Below are positions 35,581 to 43,200 of a stretch of DNA of 64,000 nt, in pieces. The stretch lies in NCBI GenBank assembly GCA_050115675.1, contig JASFQB010000003.1, positions 34,673-98,672 on the forward strand, written 5' to 3'. The notes under the pieces are model-generated. The model ran no database searches, had not been told where the DNA came from, and saw nothing but the letters and a program-made list of their open reading frames with translations. Origin of the DNA: Candidatus Woesebacteria bacterium. Its GTDB lineage: Bacteria > Patescibacteriota > Saccharimonadia > Saccharimonadales > EFPC-124. The translations under genes were made by a program, and so were the position numbers. How positions within the stretch are numbered: position 1 is the first letter of the stretch; every line of letters begins with the position of its first letter.

Positions 35581-37510
35581 ATTCAATTCCGTCCTCTCCA
35601 ATTATACTTTTTAGACTGCCGAGTGATTTTTTGTCTGTAACTACATAAAATTTATCGCCTGCTTGTTGAGCCAATTGTACACACTGCTTAATATTTAGCA
35701 CTAAATCTTTTTGCTCTTGCTCGCTAAAAGTTCCATATGCTAAGTTGCTAAATACTTGGTCATAGCATTTATCAGCCTGCGCACCCTCTGTTGTACGAGG
35801 ATACTTAATGTTTACTATTGTCTGAGCTAAAAATGCATGCGCATAAATAGTCTTTTTATCATTATCATAATGCAAAGTTACAGCATTGTTATTGTTTATT
35901 AGATCGCTCTTGCCAAGTTTTGCCAGCAAATATGCATCTTGGTCGTAAAAAGCTGGCTTGCCCGTATCTGAAGCATCTCTAAAAAATCCTCGTAAATCGT
36001 CAAATGGTTTTGGTCCTGCTCCAATAAGCAAAATGGTTAATGCCATCGGCACAAATGCAAGCAATGGCAGGTATACTTTTTTGTATATCTTTGACTCAAC
36101 AAAGGCTCCAAATAACAATGCGACCCCAAGCAATATTACTATAGCTTCTACCAACAAAGAGACTTTTATTGAAAAATAAATCGCCTGTCCCAGCGAAAAC
36201 TGCTGCATAAATATTACTAACGCTGCAAATAGCCCTAATGGCAACATGACATTTAAAATATTGCGCTTAAAATCAATTGCAACCTTTTTCTGTAACATCA
36301 CTAAGAGACATACTGCAAATCCAGCAATAAGAACAAACGTATGCAAAATAGTTAGGTCGCCAGGTGAATTTATATAAGAAACGCTATCTTTTGTAAAGAT
36401 TATTTGCGTTACAACAGGCAAAGGCTGAATTGCCACTACAAACAATAAAGCCGGGTTGCGAAAACACCATTCTTTAACATTATTTAACTTAGGCATTTTA
36501 TTTGGCCAGATGGTCAAAATTAAAATTGCAATTACAATAGGCACAACTAAAGGCCAACTTTGCGATGAACCATAAAATAGCATCATAGCTGCAAATAGCA
36601 TAAAACCAACATCAGCACTCTGCTCTGATTTTTTTTGAAAACAATACCGATCGATAAATATCAATCCCAGCAAAAATGCAGCAATTGTATAATAGTAGTT
36701 TAAAAAACCATGCGCAATATATGGCCACAAAAACAAAGTGCAAATCGGCAATCCAATTGCTACCGCCAAGCTTATAACACCCACAAGCGACAACTGCTTA
36801 CTAGTTTGACGCTCAAGCCAAGTCGTACATAAATATACACTCGACACAGCCAACAATGAGCCCATTAGCAAATACTGGCCAAAAAACATAACAAGATTTA
36901 CCTGCCAGCTAAAGTCTGCTTGCTTGCCAAAAAAGGCGTCTTGCAAAAAGCCTACGCCTAAATGAAAACCCTTAGGATAGCCCGTCGTATCTAAGTGTTG
37001 ATCGTAGCTTCTAGAATTTATGTTCTCAAAGTGATGTGCTGCATCTGGCGACTGTAGTCCAGCAATCTCTACAATTTTGTACACGCTGTCTTGTCCGCAA
37101 ATAATCGCGCCAAAGGGCAACAAAAACATCACAACAACTACCAGTCCAGCAATATCTTGCCTGGTTATTAGTTGCATTTTTTTCTTTTGACTGCCATAAA
37201 AAAGCAATATCAAATAGCCAAACACTGAATACAATACGGCAACTGCCATAAAATCGCTCCATGGCAATATTATTTGTTGTATTGCAGCAGCCAACTGCAG
37301 CAACGCCAAAGACAATACAACTTGCGTAACAAAACGAGCAAACATACTACCAAGCACTTTTGGCGCAGGCAAATACATTACGGACAAAACGACTACAACA
37401 ACTGGCAAAAAAACTTTAATACCAAAAACATAAAGTAAAAGAGAGCCAAAAATAGCAGCGGCAAACTTGACGTTTAATCCACCCCAAATTCTCTGACCCA
37501 AATTTAGCAT
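35567..37510 (-). CDS. Large polytopic membrane protein, paralogue 2 of a tandem pair
   Basis: 647 aa. Same architecture and motifs (MFARF, LQSPD, YPKGFH, GFLNYYY, KPAFY, LHYD, FYVVTD). TAATG overlap with the upstream GT gene. Confidence 0.75.
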   Translation of the reverse strand: MLNLGQRIWGGLNVKFAAAIFGSLLLYVFGIKVFLPVVVVVLSVMYLPAPKVLGSMFARFVTQVVLSLALLQLAAAIQQIILPWSDFMAVAVLYSVFGYLILLFYGSQKKKMQLITRQDIAGLVVVVMFLLPFGAIICGQDSVYKIVEIAGLQSPDAAHHFENINSRSYDQHLDTTGYPKGFHLGVGFLQDAFFGKQADFSWQVNLVMFFGQYLLMGSLLAVSSVYLCTTWLERQTSKQLSLVGVISLAVAIGLPICTLFLWPYIAHGFLNYYYTIAAFLLGLIFIDRYCFQKKSEQSADVGFMLFAAMMLFYGSSQSWPLVVPIVIAILILTIWPNKMPKLNNVKEWCFRNPALLFVVAIQPLPVVTQIIFTKDSVSYINSPGDLTILHTFVLIAGFAVCLLVMLQKKVAIDFKRNILNVMLPLGLFAALVIFMQQFSLGQAIYFSIKVSLLVEAIVILLGVALLFGAFVESKIYKKVYLPLLAFVPMALTILLIGAGPKPFDDLRGFFRDASDTGKPAFYDQDAYLLAKLGKSDLINNNNAVTLHYDNDKKTIYAHAFLAQTIVNIKYPRTTEGAQADKCYDQVFSNLAYGTFSEQEQKDLVLNIKQCVQLAQQAGDKFYVVTDKKSLGSLKSIIGEDGIEYASQ

Positions 37511-38811
37511 TATATATCCTTTAAAATACTCTTAACCTGATTAGCAGACTCATCCCAAGTAAACTGCTTATACTCTTTAACTTTTTTACGCGTAGCGCTT
37601 AGCTCTGACGGCTTAATTAGCTTTTGAATTACGGCCAAGCATTCATCTGACGAAGCAGGCGAGAAATGCTCTACTAAGCCCTCGGCAATCTCTACCATAC
37701 TGCTTGTATTGGCACAGGCGCAAGGAACCCCTCTGCCCAAGCTCTCTGCAATTGGAATACCCCAGCCCTCATGAAAACTTGGCAAAACAGTAAACATGCA
37801 GTGGTCGTACAACCACGATAGTTCTTCGTCGCTCGTATTATGCAAAAGTATAAAACATTCTTTTACCTCTGGATCTTCTGTCATTAATGTGCGCGTTGCG
37901 TCTGACATCCATCCACGTCTACCTACAATAACCAGCTTTGGTAATTTTATGCCGCGTGCTTTTGCTAATTTGTAGACATAGTAAAACAGCATGTGGTTCT
38001 TTTTTGCTTCAAGTGTTCCAATGCATATTATATAATCACCACCTTTTAGGCCAGACTCTTTAAAGGCAGGATCAATCGGGCTCATTGGTTTAGCTACATT
38101 TAGATCGTCGCCTAGCCTAAACGATTCGATTTTGGGAACATTTAAATCGCTCTCTTTTAGCCACTGAATCAGTTCTTTTTTAGTGTTTTTAGAAACAGTT
38201 AAAACAAGGTCGCACACCGGCACAATTTGGCTATTGTATGTTGTTGGGCTAACTTTAACTTGCTCGTAAAACTGCGGACAGACAGTTGTGCCAATGTCGT
38301 GAATAATCTGAACCAACTTAACACCTTTTTGGTGCATGCCAACCAAATACGCCGTAAAGTTAGAGTCCCACCATTCGCCCCACGGAATAAACAGCTTGTC
38401 CCCCTTTTCAAATTCAACACGCTTTACATCTGCAAAATGACTTTGCCTTAAATTATTCTCTACACGATTTGCAAGTTCTGGGTTGATTTTTGCACCATGG
38501 CGTAAAGCTATCTTAGCAACCTTAACTACTCCACGACGCAACAATGTTTTTTTTAAAACCACTATGTCCTCTGATGGCTTTTGACCATAGCGCTTATAAA
38601 TAACCCCATGACCCCTATTAGCCATAGATCTCTCTAGATCAACCTCACACAGCGATTGAAGCTCTTTAACCCAGGATACAAAAACCACATTGCTGTCTTT
38701 TTCAAAACGAACTGCTAATTCGTGCATCACGCGTGGAATACCCGCCAATTTACCAGCCCAGTGCACCAGTTGCGTTACATCAAAGTAAATTTTTGGATTA
38801 TTGTCTGACAT
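37510..38811 (-). CDS. Glycosyltransferase family 4 (WbdA-like)
   Basis: 433 aa. C-terminal PSFHEGWGIPIAESLGRGVP. Confidence 0.85.
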   Translation of the reverse strand: MSDNNPKIYFDVTQLVHWAGKLAGIPRVMHELAVRFEKDSNVVFVSWVKELQSLCEVDLERSMANRGHGVIYKRYGQKPSEDIVVLKKTLLRRGVVKVAKIALRHGAKINPELANRVENNLRQSHFADVKRVEFEKGDKLFIPWGEWWDSNFTAYLVGMHQKGVKLVQIIHDIGTTVCPQFYEQVKVSPTTYNSQIVPVCDLVLTVSKNTKKELIQWLKESDLNVPKIESFRLGDDLNVAKPMSPIDPAFKESGLKGGDYIICIGTLEAKKNHMLFYYVYKLAKARGIKLPKLVIVGRRGWMSDATRTLMTEDPEVKECFILLHNTSDEELSWLYDHCMFTVLPSFHEGWGIPIAESLGRGVPCACANTSSMVEIAEGLVEHFSPASSDECLAVIQKLIKPSELSATRKKVKEYKQFTWDESANQVKSILKDI

Positions 38812-38814
38812 ATT

Positions 38815-39846
38815 CTATTCCTTATTTACGGCCAGCCTGGAATTTTTTGAAAACACTGGCATAACCCAATCGTCTGCATCACCAATTACCGAGCTATACG
38901 AGCTGTCTTTTGGTACAACAAAGTTACCATCATCATCTATTGTATAGACATTGCCAAAATCATTTAACATTTTATTGTAAAACTTTTCTGGATGTTCATA
39001 GCCATCTTTCGTAAATTCAATAAAGAAAGTCATATTTGGACTAGTTTTTACTGTATCGCGCATACCCTCGTATGCAATTTCTTCATAGCCTTCAATGTCC
39101 ATCTTGACCAAATCAACTTGCTCAATCTTGTTATTTTTGCAATATTCATCAATACTAACAGATTTAACCTTAATTTTCTCTTCTGTCTCAAGATACATTT
39201 TTTCACGCATGTAGCTATTTAGCTGCTCTGTTGTCTGAAGGGACGAGCTTCCTACGTAATCTTTTAGTAGGTTTAGCGTTACTTCGCCTTTTTTATCAGA
39301 AATAGCCAAGTTCTCTACAACGCACTGCTCGTTAAGCCAATTTACAGCTAAAGTCTTTTTAATATATGGTATTAGATGAGGGTTCGCCTCAAACATTACA
39401 ATTTTTGACTCTTTTTTGCTGGTTTGCTGAGCTGCTAAAACGCCATAATATCCAAAGTTAGCACCAACATCTAGCACTACATCATTCTTTTTAACAACCT
39501 TTTGCCAAGCTGCAGTAATACGATGCTCCCAAATTCCGTCCAATACCAAATGTGGCACCACTGCAATATCGCGCGGGTCAAGATACATCTTTAAGCCGCT
39601 AAAAATTTTAGAAACAACTTCTTTTTCGGACAAAGGCAAAACACCAGAATTTTTTGCAAGCGAATGTATCTCTCGCAATAGCTCTGTTTGCTCGTGATTT
39701 ATTTTAAGCTGCATTCCACTTAATACTTTTTCTGATGCATCTATCTTGCCGTTAAGCTCATCAAGAATAAAGTAAATATCACTCAAAAGCGTTTTAGTGA
39801 CAGCACTTCGGGCTCTTTTTGCTACACCTTTTACACCATCAGACAT
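38815..39846 (-). CDS. FkbM-family methyltransferase with N-terminal coiled-coil extension
   Basis: 343 aa. VVLDVGANFGYYG (FkbM SAM motif), preceded by about 80 aa of helical heptad-like sequence. Confidence 0.85.
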   Translation of the reverse strand: MSDGVKGVAKRARSAVTKTLLSDIYFILDELNGKIDASEKVLSGMQLKINHEQTELLREIHSLAKNSGVLPLSEKEVVSKIFSGLKMYLDPRDIAVVPHLVLDGIWEHRITAAWQKVVKKNDVVLDVGANFGYYGVLAAQQTSKKESKIVMFEANPHLIPYIKKTLAVNWLNEQCVVENLAISDKKGEVTLNLLKDYVGSSSLQTTEQLNSYMREKMYLETEEKIKVKSVSIDEYCKNNKIEQVDLVKMDIEGYEEIAYEGMRDTVKTSPNMTFFIEFTKDGYEHPEKFYNKMLNDFGNVYTIDDDGNFVVPKDSSYSSVIGDADDWVMPVFSKNSRLAVNKE

Positions 39847-39862
39847 CTATTAAACTCCCCAT

Positions 39863-41041
39863 CTATTTTTTGACACTATAATCAACTTTAACTGGCGGCA
39901 ATACAGCAGTTGTAGACCTGTCTTGCCGTTTTACAGTAAAGCTATCAGCTTTAACAAACCAGTCAAGAGTGTTTGCAACATCGTCAACCAAAGTCAACAT
40001 TACATAGTAGTTTCCGTCGTTAAACACATTAAGCACGTTCCACTCAAATGTGATCGTTGAGCCAACTTCTGGACTTTGCACATCATCCTTGTGGATCATG
40101 CGATTATTCATGGCTGTGATTTCTGCACCGTCTTCGCCCATAACATGTAGTCCGTAAATTACCCGGTCAACTGGTTTTTTAACCTTTGCCTTTACGGTAA
40201 TTATAATATCGTCTTTTTGTACCTTGGTTTTAACATCGGTTACATATACATCGCCATTGCCAAATCTTTTGCCGTCGCCTTTTTTTGCGTGATCGCTAGC
40301 ATTATCCATAAATAGCATGGCATATTCTTGAGCAATTTCTTGCGGTTCGCCAATCATTTGAATTTCGCTCTTATCAATTAGCATCGCACGCGTACAATAT
40401 TCGCGAACAGCACCCATATCGTGAGTTACAAACACAACGGTTTTTTTATTTGCTTTGAGTTTTTTAAAATATTCAAAACACTTACGTTGAAAATCAGCAT
40501 CACCAACAGCCAAAACTTCATCAACAAGTAAAATATCTGCTTCTGCACGAGTAGCCAAAGAAAACGCAAGCCTAACTTGCATGCCAGAAGAATAATTTTT
40601 AAGTTTTTGGTCCATAAACCTTTCTAGCTCGGCAAATTTAACAATGTCATCGTATTGTGCATCTATCTCTTTTTTAGAAAAACCAAGCAACGCACCATTT
40701 AAATATACGTTTTCGCGACCAGTAAGCTCTGGATTAAAACCAACGCCAAGCTCGATAAATGGAACAAGCTTTCCTTTTGTCTTAACCTTGCCATGCGAAG
40801 GTTGATAAATTCCTGCTAAAATCTTTAGCAAGGTACTTTTACCACTACCATTACGGCCAACGATTCCAAAAAATTCGCCCTTCTTTACCTCAAAATCAAT
40901 TCCATGCAAAGCATGCTGCATCTCTGACTTTCCGCCTTCGCGAAACATACTTGTAAAAATAGACTTTACCGAACGCTTTTTTTCGTGCGGCAAAACAAAG
41001 TTTTTTGATACACCGTCTACCTGTATTGCATTGTCCGACAT
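39863..41041 (-). CDS. wzt: Polysaccharide ABC exporter ATP-binding protein with C-terminal glycan-binding-type domain
   Basis: 392 aa. Walker A GRNGSGKST, signature YSSGMQVRL, Walker B ILLVDE, plus about 150 extra beta-rich C-terminal residues as in Wzt_C. Confidence 0.9.
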   Translation of the reverse strand: MSDNAIQVDGVSKNFVLPHEKKRSVKSIFTSMFREGGKSEMQHALHGIDFEVKKGEFFGIVGRNGSGKSTLLKILAGIYQPSHGKVKTKGKLVPFIELGVGFNPELTGRENVYLNGALLGFSKKEIDAQYDDIVKFAELERFMDQKLKNYSSGMQVRLAFSLATRAEADILLVDEVLAVGDADFQRKCFEYFKKLKANKKTVVFVTHDMGAVREYCTRAMLIDKSEIQMIGEPQEIAQEYAMLFMDNASDHAKKGDGKRFGNGDVYVTDVKTKVQKDDIIITVKAKVKKPVDRVIYGLHVMGEDGAEITAMNNRMIHKDDVQSPEVGSTITFEWNVLNVFNDGNYYVMLTLVDDVANTLDWFVKADSFTVKRQDRSTTAVLPPVKVDYSVKK

Positions 41042-41925
41042 TAAATATCCTCCGCAAAATATGGCGAACGTTTTTTAAAGTAGTAAGCCGCTCCTAGTGC
41101 CATCAACAATGTGGCAATAATTGGAACAAATCTTACCCATTCGTTTCCATAAAGTTTATCAATTGTAACAGTTTGATCAGTAATTAGCAGATATCGTAAA
41201 TCTTGTATAATTTGTGCAACAGGATTTAAAATAAGTATCTTGGCGACTCCAACAGGAATAAGATCTAGTGGATAAATAATCGGCGTAGCATAAAAAGCGC
41301 CCTGCATTATAACTTCCCATATATAGTTAACGTCTCTAAATTGCACAAACAATGCACTTAAAAGAAAGGCCATTGCTATAGAAATTACAAATAACTCTAT
41401 TATAAGCATCGGTACAAATAAAATTGCAGTAGCGTGCGGATCAGCTCCAGTAAATAGCATAAACGCAAACACAACAAGCAAGTTTATAGCCAAATTAATC
41501 AGTGCAGAGAAGGAGCCCGCTAAAACTATGACGTATTTTGGAAAATTGATTTTTCGTAGCACATCTCCGCGCCCTACCACAGAACTAACTCCGCCGTTTG
41601 TGACCTCCGAAAAATAGTTCCAAACAACAATACCCAGCAACAAATAAACAGCAAAGTGAGGCAGGTCACCGCCAAATCGCAAAAACTTTACAAAAACAAA
41701 ATACAAAATTGTAAATAGAGCCAAAGGTCGCAAAAGGGACCAGACATACCCCAATGCCGACCCTTGATAGCGCAGCTTAAAATCGGTAATTACCAATTCG
41801 CGCAACAAGATTATTGAATAGCGATATCGCTGAAAAAAAGTCTTCACGTTGGCCTTATTATAGTATTTGTTTGCGCTTGCAGCAAGAAGGCAAGCCAAGC
41901 AAATTGTTTTACATTGTTTTTTCAA
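41041..41925 (-). CDS. wzm: Polysaccharide ABC exporter permease (ABC-2 type)
   Basis: ELVITDFKLRYQGSALGYVWSLLRPL signature and six TM helices. The listed TTG start overlaps the upstream gene; the true start may be GTG at 41847. Confidence 0.85.
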   Translation of the reverse strand: MKKQCKTICLACLLAASANKYYNKANVKTFFQRYRYSIILLRELVITDFKLRYQGSALGYVWSLLRPLALFTILYFVFVKFLRFGGDLPHFAVYLLLGIVVWNYFSEVTNGGVSSVVGRGDVLRKINFPKYVIVLAGSFSALINLAINLLVVFAFMLFTGADPHATAILFVPMLIIELFVISIAMAFLLSALFVQFRDVNYIWEVIMQGAFYATPIIYPLDLIPVGVAKILILNPVAQIIQDLRYLLITDQTVTIDKLYGNEWVRFVPIIATLLMALGAAYYFKKRSPYFAEDI

Positions 41926-43066
41926 TTTTTAGCAAAATCTTTGCCAGTCCGTCTGCGCTTGCTTGCCAGCTAAATTCTTTTGACTGTTTTTTGCCTCTTG
42001 TTATTAGTGCGTCTTTTTGAGCTTTCGACATCTCTGTTGATTTTTTCATTGCGTTTGCAATAGAATCAACATCTTCAGGGTTGCAAAGTATGCCCGCCTG
42101 CCCAACCACTTCTCTTAAAGAAAGTATATCTGACACAATTGCAGGAGTACCAGCAGTTAAGGCCTCTAGTGCCGGCATGCCAAAGCCTTCATAAAACGAC
42201 GGTAAAACTAGAGCCTCCGCACCGCTTAAAAGCTTTGCTAAATCATCATCCGAAACATACGTCCTTGGCTTAACAACCAAGTGCCCTGATTCGTTTGCTG
42301 CATCAACAAGATTAAACACTTCTTGGTTTAGCCAGCCATCACTCCCGACCATAATTAAAGCGTATTCTTTAGGTAGCTTTGCGATTGCTTTAAGTAGACC
42401 TTCTAAGTTTTTACGAGGTTCAATATTGCCAATGTACAAAAAATACTTTTTGCCACCTAGTTTGTATTTTTTGGTTACTTTTTTTATTTCTTCTTCTGGA
42501 TATTTTTTGTACAAATTTGCGTCTGCGCCATTATAAACCACCAAGATTCGGTCATTTTTTACTTCAAAATATTTGGCAATTTCTTGTTTAGCACTTTTAG
42601 AAACAGTAATTACATAGTCTGTCTGCTTAATGTACCTTGGCACATTTTTAGCTAACGATTTTTGGTTGTCTGGCTGCACGTACTGTGGGTATACAGCAAA
42701 GCAAACGTCATGAATATATGTTAACGACTTTGAGCGTTTAGTCAGTGGCCAATTAAAAAAATTGCCAAATAAATATACTCCGCGACCAAGCAAGAGATCC
42801 ATTGGTGGCAACAATCCGCGGCGTCCAAGGCCGTTCATAATTCTAAATTTCATAGGAATTGGCTTGCGCGTACAGCTTTCTAGCCCCTTCCAGCGATCAA
42901 GTAGTCTCATTCGATTTCCAGGCGCAACTAAAACTATTTCAAACTTTTTTTGAACGTCCTGATTAGCTGCAAGCGCCGCCACCAAACCAGCCAAGGCATG
43001 TGGAATACCACCAATTTGCCTGTCTACAAGTGGTACTGCTTCTATAAATAGTTTTGTCTTCTTCAT
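41909..43066 (-). CDS. Glycosyltransferase family 4
   Basis: 385 aa. PSFYEGFGMPALEALTAGTPAIV. Confidence 0.85.
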   Translation of the reverse strand: MKKTKLFIEAVPLVDRQIGGIPHALAGLVAALAANQDVQKKFEIVLVAPGNRMRLLDRWKGLESCTRKPIPMKFRIMNGLGRRGLLPPMDLLLGRGVYLFGNFFNWPLTKRSKSLTYIHDVCFAVYPQYVQPDNQKSLAKNVPRYIKQTDYVITVSKSAKQEIAKYFEVKNDRILVVYNGADANLYKKYPEEEIKKVTKKYKLGGKKYFLYIGNIEPRKNLEGLLKAIAKLPKEYALIMVGSDGWLNQEVFNLVDAANESGHLVVKPRTYVSDDDLAKLLSGAEALVLPSFYEGFGMPALEALTAGTPAIVSDILSLREVVGQAGILCNPEDVDSIANAMKKSTEMSKAQKDALITRGKKQSKEFSWQASADGLAKILLKIEKTM

Positions 43067-43110
43067 GTCTAAAATAATTTTAACATGTTGTACGCTGCAT
43101 CATATTGTCT

Positions 43111-43148
43111 CAAAAATTAAATGCCCTGCGCCTATCAAGGCGCAGGGC
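43111..43148 (-). terminator. Rho-independent terminator of the helicase gene
   Basis: Perfect 10-bp stem GCCCTGCGCC (43123..43132) / GGCGCAGGGC (43139..43148). On the minus strand it is followed by ATTTAATTTTTG. Confidence 0.75.
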
Positions 43149-43200
43149 TTGTGAGATGGCCAGACTGCATCCAGCCAAAACAGTCTCACGCTGCTTCTTA

